From an uncultured Acidobacteriota bacterium (GTDB lineage: Bacteria > Acidobacteriota > Thermoanaerobaculia > UBA5066 > Gp7-AA6): a DNA stretch of 64,000 nt. Below, piece after piece: positions 49,398 through 60,609 of this stretch (the first letter of the stretch is position 1; every line of letters begins with the position of its first letter). Both the position numbers and the translations under genes were made by a program. Below the pieces are notes generated by a model. That model was not told where the DNA came from. It ran no database searches and was given only the letters and a program-made list of their open reading frames with translations. The DNA is taken from NCBI GenBank assembly GCA_963804915.1, contig CAWDSI010000006.1:59214-123213 (forward strand). Direction: 5' to 3'.

Positions 49398-50618
49398 ATG
49401 ACGATGACGCGCCGCACCTGGGTGGCCGCTGCCGGCGCCGCCGCGGCGACGACGGCGACCCGGGCCCACCCCGCGGCCGCCGAGCCGGCGCCCGGGGGCC
49501 CTCCCCCTCTTCCCCTGGCTCTCGCCCCGGACGTCTTTCGCGACCGGCAGGCGCGCCTCGCGGCTTCCGCGAAGTCACGGGGCCTCGACGCGCTCTTCCT
49601 GACCCCTTCGACCAACCTGGCCTGGTCGGCGAATCTCGCGATCGGACGCAGCGAGCGGCTGACGGCGCTGATTCTCGCCGTCGACGGCCGGGCGGTTCTC
49701 GTCACCCCGAACTTCGAGGCCGAGAACCATCGCCGCGACGTCGTCGTGAACGAGGTCGTGACCTGGAACGAGGACGACGATCCGATGGTCCTGGCCTCGC
49801 GCGCGCTCGGACGGGCGAAAGCGATCGGGATCGAGGGCTCGACCGCGTATCACACGGCGACGCAGCTCGCCTCCGCGGCCGGCTCCTCCGTGCGCATGCA
49901 GGACGCGACCGCGGTCTTCGATGCGCTGCGGATGGTGAAGAGTCCCGAGGAACGCGCGTTCATCCGCGACGCGGCCGGCCGGACGATCCTCGCCATCGAA
50001 GGCTGCCACCGCAGGCTCTCGCGCGGCATGACCGAGAGCGAGTTGTCCGCGATCCTCGAGCAGGAGTTTCGAAAGCTCGGCGTTCAGGGCGGCGGCCTCG
50101 TCCAGTTCGGGCCCTCCGCGGCCCTGCCGCACGGAGCGCCCGGGGATCGGGCTCTCGAACGGGGCGACGTCGTGCTGATCGACGCCGGCTGCAAGGTCCG
50201 CGGCTACACCTCCGACGTCACGCGCACGGTCTGCTTCGGTCCGCCGAAGGACGAGGTGCGCAAGGTCTACGACGCCGTCGACCGCGCGCAGCGCGCCGGG
50301 ATCGATGCTCTGCGGGCGGGGGCCTCGGGCGAAGACGTCGACAAGGCGGCCCGCCGCGTCATCGACGAGGCCGGCTACGGCGCGTCCTTCACGCACCGGC
50401 TCGGACATGGCCTCGGGATGGACGGCCACGAACCGCCGTATCTCGTGCGCGGAAACACCGTGCCGCTGGTCGCCGGCAACACCGTCACCGTCGAGCCGGG
50501 GATCTACCTTCCCGGCAAGTTCGGCGTCCGCATCGAGGATGACTTTGCCGTCAGCGGGTCCGGGGCTCCCGAGAGTCTTTCGACGCGGCCCGGAGCGCTC
50601 AAGGTTCTGCCCGTATAA
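49398..50618 (+). CDS. M24-family Xaa-Pro aminopeptidase/dipeptidase with a Tat-type signal.
   Basis: Intact 406-aa ORF. RRTWVAAAGAAAA, then HRLGHGLGMDGHEPPYL and VTVEPGIYLPGKFGVRIED. Confidence 0.85.
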   Translation: MTMTRRTWVAAAGAAAATTATRAHPAAAEPAPGGPPPLPLALAPDVFRDRQARLAASAKSRGLDALFLTPSTNLAWSANLAIGRSERLTALILAVDGRAVLVTPNFEAENHRRDVVVNEVVTWNEDDDPMVLASRALGRAKAIGIEGSTAYHTATQLASAAGSSVRMQDATAVFDALRMVKSPEERAFIRDAAGRTILAIEGCHRRLSRGMTESELSAILEQEFRKLGVQGGGLVQFGPSAALPHGAPGDRALERGDVVLIDAGCKVRGYTSDVTRTVCFGPPKDEVRKVYDAVDRAQRAGIDALRAGASGEDVDKAARRVIDEAGYGASFTHRLGHGLGMDGHEPPYLVRGNTVPLVAGNTVTVEPGIYLPGKFGVRIEDDFAVSGSGAPESLSTRPGALKVLPV

Positions 50619-50630
50619 GGTGGAGAGACG

Positions 50631-51809
50631 ATGCTCGAACTCGCTCTGACCGGCTTTCTCCTGCTTCAAACGGCTTCGGGCTCGCCCAACGTCCTGCCGC
50701 CGACCGGCTCGACGGGAGGCGCGACGGGAAGCACCGAGGAGGCCCCGCCCACGCCGACGCCGCGCGCGACGCCCCGGGGACGGCGCGGCGGCTCTCCGAC
50801 GCCCACTCCCCAGCCCACGCCGACGCCGACGCCGCGGCCCTCGAACGACCTTCTGGTGGTCGTGAACAAGTCCGACAACTCGATCTCGGTCCTGGACGGC
50901 TCGACCGGGAAGCTCAAGTGGACCGCGCCGGTCGAGTCGGGTCCGCACGAGGCGGAGGTCCTCTTCGACGGAAAGACGGTCGCGGTCAGCGACTACGGCC
51001 GCGCCGACGCTCCGGGCCACATGGTCTCGCTCATCGAGCTCGCGACCGGAAAGGTCGTCGGCCGCGTCGACATCGGCTCCGGAGCCCGACCGCACGGCCT
51101 CGCCGCGCTCAAGGACGGCCGGCTGCTCGTGACGGCCGAGGGCAAGAAAGAGCTCGTCGTGGTCGATCCCAAGGGGGCCAAAGTCCTCTCGCGGCTGCCT
51201 ACGGGACACCCCTTGTCGCACATGGTCGTCGCGTCTCCCGACGGCAAGCGCGCCTACGTCTCCTCGCTCAAGGACGGAGTCGTGACCGTCATCGACCTGC
51301 CGGGAGGCGTCGTCGGCGACGTCCCGACCGGTAAGGGCGCCGAGGGTATCGACGTCACGCCGGATGGGCGCGAGGTCTGGGTCGTCAACCGCCAGGCCGA
51401 CACCATCTCCGTCATCGACACCAAGACGCTCAAGGTCGCGGCGACGATCAAGGCCGGGAAGTTCCCCATCCGCGTGCGCATCACTCCGGATGGCAAGCGC
51501 GCCGTCGTCGCGTTCACCGAGTCCGGGGACGTCGGCGTCTACGACGTCGCGACACGGACCGAGGTCAAGCGCATCCCTCTCGGCCGGGACGCGGTCGCCG
51601 CCTCGGGCTCGCGCGTCTTTCAGGGGAAGTTCGGCGCGAGCCCGGCGCCCGTGGGCATCTTCATCACGCCCGACGGCAAGCGGGCCTTCGTCGCGGCCAC
51701 CCACGCGGACGTCGTCGTCGTTCTCGACCTCGAGGGTCTGCGCGTGGTGGACGGATGGGCCGCGGGGAAAGAGCCCGACGGCCTGTCCGGCCGCTTCGAC
51801 AAGAAGTAG
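50631..51809 (+). CDS. YVTN-family beta-propeller repeat protein with a Pro/Thr-rich N-terminal linker.
   Basis: Intact 392-aa ORF. Signal peptide, PTPTPQPTPTPTP linker, repeated ...DG.R.YV.N...D.VSVID... blades. Confidence 0.8.
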   Translation: MLELALTGFLLLQTASGSPNVLPPTGSTGGATGSTEEAPPTPTPRATPRGRRGGSPTPTPQPTPTPTPRPSNDLLVVVNKSDNSISVLDGSTGKLKWTAPVESGPHEAEVLFDGKTVAVSDYGRADAPGHMVSLIELATGKVVGRVDIGSGARPHGLAALKDGRLLVTAEGKKELVVVDPKGAKVLSRLPTGHPLSHMVVASPDGKRAYVSSLKDGVVTVIDLPGGVVGDVPTGKGAEGIDVTPDGREVWVVNRQADTISVIDTKTLKVAATIKAGKFPIRVRITPDGKRAVVAFTESGDVGVYDVATRTEVKRIPLGRDAVAASGSRVFQGKFGASPAPVGIFITPDGKRAFVAATHADVVVVLDLEGLRVVDGWAAGKEPDGLSGRFDKK

Positions 51810-52986
51810 ACGGCGCGGGTCAGGGCCGCCGGGACGGCTTCGACGGCGAGCTCGATCGTCTCGACCTGGCCCGTCCGCTGGAATTGCAGCCAGCCCTTGT
51901 AGCGCCCCGGCTTCGGCAGGCGCACGAGAAACGGAATTCGGCCTTCGCGGCCAACCCCGGGCTCTCGGTCGTCGGGATGGGCGTGCGCGAAAGTCTCGGC
52001 GTCCTGATGGACGAGAATCAGGTGAGCCATCGCTCCGAGCCACGGCTCGAGATCGCGCACCGGTCGCCCGTCGGCATCGGTGAGCATCGCGGTCACCGTG
52101 AGCGTGCGTCCGACCGGCATTCCCTCGTCCGGCCATGCGAAGGTCGCCCGCGTCGTAGACCGGGTGGTTGTTTTCGGCGCGGGCGCCGGCTCGCCGTCGA
52201 CCTGAACGGTCGCCGACAGAACCTGCGACCCGGCGTCCTTCGGTGCGACGTCGGCGAAGATCCGGTAGCGCCCGGGCTGCGGAAACCGCCAGCGCAGCCG
52301 GAAGGTTCCGGGGTCCGTGAGCTCCGGGTGCTCATGGGCGAACAACGTCAGATCGTCCCGCACGATGAAGAGATGCATGAGCCTCTCGTGCTGCAGATCG
52401 AAGTCCGTGACTTCGCGATCCTCGAAGGACGACGTCATGCGCACGGCGAGCGTCAGCTCGACGGGCTCGCCCGCGACCGGGCGCCACGGTTTCGTCGTGA
52501 CGTCGAGGGCATACGGCCGGACCCGTTGGGACGGACTTCTCGGGCTGGAGGCCGCGTCCTGGACCTGCAGCGGAAACTCGAACGTGACCGGGGTCGCGGG
52601 GCGCGGGTCGCCGACCCTCGGGAGCTGGGGCGACAGGATCGTCAGGCAGAGCCGATAGTCGCCGCCGTGCGGAAAGACCGGATGCACTCCGAAGACGCCG
52701 GGGATGCCTTCGCTGTGCGCGATCTCGTCGAACTTCGGCATCGCCGGCATGCTGGGCATGTCGGCCTCGGCGCGAATCCGCGCCCGGCGCAGGGGTTGCG
52801 CCGATCCGTCCGGGCCGGGCGTCTCGACGTCGAGGACGCGAAACTCGATCTCCATCTCCTGCTCGGCATAGAGCCCGTTCGGCGGCAGCATCAGGGCCAC
52901 CTCGTAGGATCCCTGCCGCTGCCGCGTCGGATCGGCGGGCGCCGGCTCGGCCGAGAAAAGCTGGATCAACGGGACGAGATGCAACA
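51620..52986 (-). CDS. Secreted protein with tandem ~110-aa beta-sandwich repeats bearing paired His motifs, possibly a YtkA/FixH-like metal-binding fold. The literal ORF overlaps the convergent YVTN gene by about 190 bp, so the true 3' end is probably near 51822.
   Basis: Repeats: LMHLFIVRDDLTLFAHEHPELTDPGTFRLRWRFPQPGRYRIFADV and MAHLILVHQDAETFAHAHPDDREPG...IPFLVRLPKPGRYKGWLQF. GTG/TTG start 52986/52983 gives MLHLVPLIQLFSAEPAPA. The tail after ...VEAVPA is low-complexity, and a +1 frame has TGA just past the YVTN stop. Confidence 0.5.
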
Positions 52987-53004
52987 CCGGGCTACAGTAA
53001 CCCG

Positions 53005-54099
53005 ATGCAGCGGCTCGAGTCCGTCGACGCGATGCGGGGAGCGACGATCGCCGGAATGATCGTCGTGAACAACCCCGGGACCTGGTCGGCCGTCTACCCG
53101 CAGCTTCGCCACGCCGAGTGGCACGGCTGGACGTACACCGACACGATCTTCCCGTTCTTCCTCTTTCTCGTCGGCGTGTCGATGGCGCTCTCTTTCGGGG
53201 AGCGCCGGGCGGCCGGCGCGTCACGCGGCGCGCTCGCGCGCAAGACCGTCCTGAGGGCCGCCATCCTGATCGCGCTGGGCCTCTGTTTGAATCTGGTCGG
53301 GTTTCTCGCCTTCCACCGCGAGCACTACCGCATCCCGGGCGTTCTCCAGCGCATCGGCCTGTGCGTGCTCGCCGCGGGCCTCATCTATCTCGCGACGGGC
53401 GTGCGCGGAGCGGCCTGGGGAGCGGTCGGGTTGCTGCTCGTCTACGCAATCCTCGTCGCCGCGGGGCCGCTCGATCCGCAAGGCAGTCTGCCGGCGAGGC
53501 TCGACCGCGCCGTGTTCGGGACGCACACGTGGAACGGAACATTCGACCCGGAGGGACTGCTCTCGACACTCCCGGCGATCGCGTCGACGCTTCTCGGAAC
53601 CCTCGCGGGCGAGCGCCTGCGCGCGCCGGTCTCGCTGGGACGCAAGGTCGTCGAGCTTTCCGCGGCCGGAATCGCGGCGACCGTGATCGGCCTGGGCGCG
53701 GCCCGAATGATCCCGATCAACAAGAACCTCTGGACGCCGTCCTACGCGGTCCTGATGGCGGGCCTCGCCGCGCTGGCGCTCGCGCTCTGTGTGGCCCTCG
53801 TGGACGTCGCGGGCGGCGGCGCGCGGAAGATTGCCGCACCCTTCGTCTGGCTGGGCCGGAACGCGATCGCCGCGTTCACGCTCTCGTCGCTCGTCTCGGT
53901 CGCGCTCATCGCCATCCGCGTCCCGGGGGCGGATGGAGGCGGGAAACCGCGATCGCTCTGGACGGCGATCTACCGAGGAGTTTTCGACCGCTTCGCCGAC
54001 CCGAGGCTCGGCTCTCTCCTGTTCGCGCTCGCCTATCTCGCGGTCTGGTTCGCGATCTTCGGCGTCCTCTACCGCCGGAAGATCTTCGTCAAGATCTGA
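53005..54099 (+). CDS. Heparan-alpha-glucosaminide N-acetyltransferase-like (DUF1624/DUF5009) polytopic membrane acyltransferase.
   Basis: Intact 364-aa ORF. MQRLESVDAMRGATIAGMIVVNNPG, 9-10 TM segments, and a conserved WNGTFDPEGLLSTLPAIAS block. Confidence 0.75.
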   Translation: MQRLESVDAMRGATIAGMIVVNNPGTWSAVYPQLRHAEWHGWTYTDTIFPFFLFLVGVSMALSFGERRAAGASRGALARKTVLRAAILIALGLCLNLVGFLAFHREHYRIPGVLQRIGLCVLAAGLIYLATGVRGAAWGAVGLLLVYAILVAAGPLDPQGSLPARLDRAVFGTHTWNGTFDPEGLLSTLPAIASTLLGTLAGERLRAPVSLGRKVVELSAAGIAATVIGLGAARMIPINKNLWTPSYAVLMAGLAALALALCVALVDVAGGGARKIAAPFVWLGRNAIAAFTLSSLVSVALIAIRVPGADGGGKPRSLWTAIYRGVFDRFADPRLGSLLFALAYLAVWFAIFGVLYRRKIFVKI

Positions 54100-54102
54100 G
54101 CC

Positions 54103-54856
54103 TCAGGGGTTCGCGCCCGTCGAGACCCGCAGCGAGCCCTCCGTGCCGACCGTCGCTAGAACGCCCCACACGGGCCCCGTGGCCGTGAGGTTCCGGACGC
54201 GCACCTGTCCGTCCTCGATCGTCTCGACGCCGAAGTGCTTGGCGACATCGACCAGCGTGAAGGCCGCGAAGGCTTGGTCGCCCGGAATCGGAAAGGCGGC
54301 GGTGCCGAGAAGGTCTCCGGCCGCGCCCCGCAGCTCCACCTCGACGGAGGTCGGCTCGGCCGAGAGGGACTGCAGGATCAGGTTCGTGTAGAAGCCGCCG
54401 CCCCGGGCCACGCCGGGAAAGACCAGAACCGGGGTGCTCCTGATCGAGGACTTCCGCACGACCGGCAGCTCGGCGAACTGACACGCGTTCGCCGAGCTCA
54501 CCGAGCGCGCGTGGACGACCGGAAGCGGAGCGTCGTTCCGGGTCTGGATGCGCACCAGCTGCGGACCCGGATACGTCGCTCCGATGAAGTCGCTCGCCTG
54601 CACACGGATCGTTCCCGCGCCCGGCACGGCGTACGTCTGAGTCGTGCAGTTGGGAGGACACGGCACGCCGAGGGGAAGGCCCCCGATCGAAAGTTCCACG
54701 TCGATCGGCTCGGTCGCGACGTTGGCGATCTCGAACTCGGTATTCCACTGCCCCACGAACCCGGCCCCGGCGACGATCAGGATGTCGTCCTCGGCGAGGA
54801 CAGGGTGGGTCGTGAAAACGGCCAGCACGAAGAGAAGAAAGCGCGATTCGTTTCAT
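54103..54856 (-). CDS. Secreted hypothetical protein, with a frameshift in the signal peptide near 54835.
   Basis: GGAGG RBS and ATG at 54856 give MKRIAL, then a shift to FLLFVLAVFTTHPVLAEDDILIVAGAG... (ORF 54103..54828), 241 aa, protein-like. Confidence 0.55.
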
Positions 54857-55049
54857 CGGACACCTCCGGGAAGGGTTGCCATATCAAGAGACATGCCGGG
54901 CGTCGGAGCCAGGAGCTCCAGCCGCCCGTCGGCAGATACGTTTGCGAGCGTAGCCCAGAAAAGGCCGCTCGGGGACAGCCACCCGATCCGGATCGAGCCT
55001 GTGAACCCGGCGAGTGCGGCCATCATCCCCAGGCCGGCTCGCCGAAGCA

Positions 55050-56825
55050 TCACGGCGCTTCGCGAACCACGACGCGCGGCGTCCGCCTCGGGTTGCAGCG
55101 CGCGGGACCGCCGACGCACTGCGACGGCGGCTCGAGCTCGGAGCCCGGAGGCATGAGGCGGGTGAGCACGTTGCTTTCGTAGGTTTCCACGACGCCCCAG
55201 AAGAGGCCCGAGCGGGGAATGCGCTTCACGCGAATCCGTCCGTCGAAGTCCCCGAAGATGTCGAGGTCGGAAAGGAGCTGATCGAGCACGAGGACGCCGG
55301 CCAGCGGGACTGCGACTTCGGTCGATGCCACGACGTCGCCCCCGGAGTTGAGCACATCGATCTCGAGCTCGAGCGGACCACCGTCCTCGGTCTCGATGGC
55401 CGCCAGGACGAGGGTCGTCTGGAAACCGGTCTGGCGGCGGGCCGGAAAGGTCAGGAAGGGCTGAGGCCCGTTGCTTCCCCGGGCGAGCGGGGGCTGGAGC
55501 GTCGCAATCGTCCAGTAGCTGATGAGCGGGACCTCGATGCGCGTCTCGGGGCGATCTTCGTCGACGACCCAGGCCCGCGTCTCCGGCACGTCGCTGATCT
55601 CCGGCTCGATCCCGGTCACATAAAAGAAGCGCTGGCCTTCGGCGCTCGGCACCTCGCTCGCCGTCGCCTCGACCTCTCCGCGCCGCGGCACGACGAGCTC
55701 GATGCTCGTCGGCACGATGCAAGGCGCCGGACACGGCCCCGTATAAGGCCAGCCGAGCCTCGCCTTGACCGCATCGTTGCCGGAGTTCGAGAGCTCGAAC
55801 TCGGTATCCAGCGTGCCCTCGTGTCGGGCGCCGAGGGCGAAGAGATGATTGTCCGAAAGCTTGCCGACCCGGCGATTCGTCGCGTCGACGTACCAGATCG
55901 ACATCGGTCCGAAAAAGAACTGGCCGTAGTCGATCACGAGGCTCTCGGGCTTCGAGGTTCCCGGAAGCGGGAACTCGTGGAAATCGCCGTCGATCGACAT
56001 CCAGCCGAGCTTTCCGGCGTTGCGCTCGGTGAACCAGACGGCCTGCTCGACGTTGTCGAAGACGAGGTCCGTGGGACTGCTGTTGGGCGTCGGGATCGCG
56101 CGCTCCGTCACCTGGCCGGTGATCGCGATGCTCCCGATCATGTTTCCCCGGGCTTCGGTGAAGTACATGAGCTCCTGGCTGCCGTCGAACCCCCGGACGA
56201 TCGCGATCGGGCCGCTGTCCGGAGTCGGGATGTCGAACTCCGTGATCGCGCCGCTCGCGTCGATGCGTCCGATCTTGTTGGCCAGGTTCTCGGTAAACCA
56301 CATTTCCGAACCGCCCGGCCCCGGCGCGATCCCGAGAGGGCCGGACGCGAACGTCGGGATTGCGAACTCCACCATGGAGCCCGGCGAGCCCGCCTGAAAC
56401 CGTCCGATCCGGTTTCCGTCGTACTCGGTGAACCAGACGAGGTTGGGGCTCGTGATGCCCCGCGGGTTGCTCGCGGGAGTCGGGACGTCGTACTCCGTGA
56501 GAGCGCCGTTCGCGTCGAAGATGCCGATCCGGTTCGTGCCGACCTCGGTGAACACGAGTCGTCCGTTGCCGTCCTCGCGCGAGATCGCGAGGGGCCGGCT
56601 CCCCGAGGTCGGAACATTCCTCCGGGTCAATGAGCCGTCGTCGTTGATTCGCGCGAGCGAGTCCGAGTTCGGCTGCGGAAACCAGATCTCGTCATTGACC
56701 GTGCACATCTGGACTGCGCCGCTCGCGTCGGGAGCGGAGTACAGATGCACGACGGCGTTCGCATCCGTCGCGAACGCGAGCGAGCGGACCCCCAGCCCCA
56801 GGACGGCGACCGTAAGCGCCCGCAT
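55050..56825 (-). CDS. Secreted beta-propeller protein with Vgb (virginiamycin B lyase)/NHL-type repeats and a C-terminal domain of unknown function.
   Basis: Intact 591-aa ORF with signal peptide. About 6 repeats of ...G.ITE(Y/F)..P...S.P.GI.....LWFTE...N.IGRI... Confidence 0.75.
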   Translation of the reverse strand: MRALTVAVLGLGVRSLAFATDANAVVHLYSAPDASGAVQMCTVNDEIWFPQPNSDSLARINDDGSLTRRNVPTSGSRPLAISREDGNGRLVFTEVGTNRIGIFDANGALTEYDVPTPASNPRGITSPNLVWFTEYDGNRIGRFQAGSPGSMVEFAIPTFASGPLGIAPGPGGSEMWFTENLANKIGRIDASGAITEFDIPTPDSGPIAIVRGFDGSQELMYFTEARGNMIGSIAITGQVTERAIPTPNSSPTDLVFDNVEQAVWFTERNAGKLGWMSIDGDFHEFPLPGTSKPESLVIDYGQFFFGPMSIWYVDATNRRVGKLSDNHLFALGARHEGTLDTEFELSNSGNDAVKARLGWPYTGPCPAPCIVPTSIELVVPRRGEVEATASEVPSAEGQRFFYVTGIEPEISDVPETRAWVVDEDRPETRIEVPLISYWTIATLQPPLARGSNGPQPFLTFPARRQTGFQTTLVLAAIETEDGGPLELEIDVLNSGGDVVASTEVAVPLAGVLVLDQLLSDLDIFGDFDGRIRVKRIPRSGLFWGVVETYESNVLTRLMPPGSELEPPSQCVGGPARCNPRRTPRVVVREAP

Positions 56826-56894
56826 GAGCGCCCCCTTTCGATTTCTATGCGGATGCTATCAGTGCATGTCCATCGAGCCGGTCCGAGGACGCCG

Positions 56895-57665
56895 TCAGCC
56901 GAGCTGGATCACCGAAAAGAACGCCCCCTGCGGGTCCTGGATCGCCGCGAAGCGGCCGACGTTCGGGACGTCCATCGGCCCGAAGCAGACTTTCCCACCC
57001 AGCGATTCGGCCTTTTTCGCGGTCGCGTCGCAGTTGGCCACCTGGAAATAGATCCCCCAGTGCGCCGGCACCTCCGCGGGCTGGCCGTTCAGGGGTCGGA
57101 TGCCTCCGATCCCGACGGATCCGCGGTGGATCTCGTGGTACGCCGGGTCGCTCGTCTTCACGTTCCACCCGAAGAGACCCGAGTAGAACGTCCCGGCCTT
57201 CGCCGCGTCCCGGGTCGAGAGCTCGCACCAGCACATCGTGCCGGGCTCTTCCACGCGCTGCACGCCCGTGTGCGTCATCGCCTGCCAGATCGAGATGATC
57301 GCGCCCTCGGGATCCTGGATGACGGCCATGCGTCCGTAGTCCATGACGTCGAAGGGCTCGGCGATGATCTTTCCCCCGAGACTCCTGGCCTTCTTCGCCG
57401 TTTCATCGGCGTTCTCGACGGCCACGTAGCACATCCAGTTCGGCGGCACGCCCTGCTCGGCCTGCTCTTTCATCAGCTGGTACAGCGCCGCGACGTCCTT
57501 GCCCCCGATCTGCAGGAGCGTGTAGACGAAGCCCTCGCCCATGGGGTTGTCCTTGATGCTCCACTCGAACAAGCCCGTGTAGAACTTCTTGGCGGACTGC
57601 GGGTCGCTGGTCGCCAGCTCCGCCCACGAAAACGATCCGGGCTCGTGCTTCGTCACTTCGGTCAT
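56895..57665 (-). CDS. Two-domain VOC (glyoxalase/bleomycin-resistance/dioxygenase) family protein.
   Basis: MTEVTKHEPGSFSWAEL... Two tandem glyoxalase-like halves (...FYTGLFEWS... and ...FYSGLFGWN...). Confidence 0.85.
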   Translation of the reverse strand: MTEVTKHEPGSFSWAELATSDPQSAKKFYTGLFEWSIKDNPMGEGFVYTLLQIGGKDVAALYQLMKEQAEQGVPPNWMCYVAVENADETAKKARSLGGKIIAEPFDVMDYGRMAVIQDPEGAIISIWQAMTHTGVQRVEEPGTMCWCELSTRDAAKAGTFYSGLFGWNVKTSDPAYHEIHRGSVGIGGIRPLNGQPAEVPAHWGIYFQVANCDATAKKAESLGGKVCFGPMDVPNVGRFAAIQDPQGAFFSVIQLG

Positions 57666-57815
57666 GAGTCCTCCTCTGTTCGCGCACACTGCGCGCCTCG
57701 GTTCTTATTCGGAGGTGGGACTCAAAGGTTTCGCAGATCGACGAAATGGCGCAGGGGTCGCCGGAAGGGCTTCCGGCTGGGCTAGGATCCAGGACGTCGG
57801 CAAAAGGAGGTTCGC

Positions 57816-58613
57816 GTGAAGAGCGTGAAGAGACTGTTGCGAGCGATCTTGCTCCTGTGGCTGGCCGCGTGCGGAGCGGTCCTGGCCCAGGCTCCCCCGT
57901 GCCCCTGCCCGGAGCCGCCGCCTGCTCCGGACCCCTGCTGGTTCGGAAAAGTGAACTTCTCGTTCCTGTCCACCTCGGGCAACACGGACACGACGTCGAT
58001 CGGCGGCGCCGCCGAGCTGAACTACAACCCGAAGCCCTGGCTGTTCACCTTGAAGGGCGGTTACCTCTACTCGCAAACCGACGGCGTCGTGACGGCCGAG
58101 TCGTCTTTCGCTTCGCTCCGGGCCAACCGGGACATCACCACTCGGTTCTACGTGTTTGCCGGAGGCGGTTACCTGCGCAACACGTTCTCGGGCATCGACG
58201 CCCTCTGGAGCGTCGACGGCGGCGCGGGCTTCAAGCTCCTCGATGGGCCGTCGCAGTTTCTCAAGGCGGAAGGCGGCGCGGGCTGGACGAACGAGAAGGA
58301 CATCATCCCGGTCATCATCAACGGAGAGCCGATCAACATCATCACATCACGGGACTACGCTAACGCGCGCGCCGCCCTCTACTACAAGTGGCAGTTCACC
58401 AAGAGCGCGGCTTTCACGAACGACTTCACCTACCTCCTGGACCTCGACAACACGAAGAACTACTTCATCACCAACAGGGCCGCGATCACGGCCGACATCT
58501 CGAAGATCTTCGCGCTGCAGGCGTCGTGGACGCTCCTGTGGCGCAATCAGCCGGTGCCCACGTTCGGCCACACCGACACGGCGACGGCCGTCGGCATCGT
58601 GGCGAGCTTCTAG
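57816..58613 (+). CDS. DUF481 (YdiY-like) outer-membrane beta-barrel protein.
   Basis: AAAAGGAGG RBS and GTG start. Signal peptide [24 protein letters not shown]. Alternating hydrophobic beta-strand pattern. C-terminal ...VGIVASF aromatic terminus. Confidence 0.8.
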   Translation: MKSVKRLLRAILLLWLAACGAVLAQAPPCPCPEPPPAPDPCWFGKVNFSFLSTSGNTDTTSIGGAAELNYNPKPWLFTLKGGYLYSQTDGVVTAESSFASLRANRDITTRFYVFAGGGYLRNTFSGIDALWSVDGGAGFKLLDGPSQFLKAEGGAGWTNEKDIIPVIINGEPINIITSRDYANARAALYYKWQFTKSAAFTNDFTYLLDLDNTKNYFITNRAAITADISKIFALQASWTLLWRNQPVPTFGHTDTATAVGIVASF

Positions 58614-58625
58614 CGGCGGAGCGCC

Positions 58626-60381
<1,756 letters not shown>

Positions 60382-60384
60382 GTG

Positions 60385-60483
60385 TCCTCCCTACGGCGGC
60401 ATTACCCGCATCAGGTTCGCGGGGTCTCCGACGCCATGTGACGCCGGACTCTCAGCCGTCCGCCGATGGCGGAGTGGGCTCCC
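60385..60483 (-). promoter_or_regulatory. TPP (THI-box) riboswitch in the thiC leader.
   Basis: The minus-strand RNA reads GGGAGCCCACUCCGCCAUCGGCGGACGGCUGAGAGUCCGGCG...GGAGACCCCGCGAACCUGAUGCGGGUAAUGCCGCCGUAGGGAGGACACAUG. It has the CUGAGA, ACCUGAU, GGUAAUGCC and GUAGGGA hallmarks, immediately 5' of the thiC ATG. Confidence 0.8.
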
Positions 60484-60609
60484 CCGTTTTCCGCCTGCAG
60501 TCTACTCCCTGCCGCCGCAGCCCGAAGGCGCACCGCCGAGCCGAAGGCGAAGGCGACCAAGGGGCAGGACATGGTCTGTCCGCCGATTGCGATAAAAAGG
60601 GAGCGACCC

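Noticed and set aside
55050-56825. Possible streptogramin (virginiamycin B) lyase resistance gene
   Set aside because: Only the generic Vgb/NHL-type propeller repeat pattern matches. The protein is twice Vgb length, secreted, and has an unrelated C-terminal domain. There is no basis for an antibiotic-resistance call.
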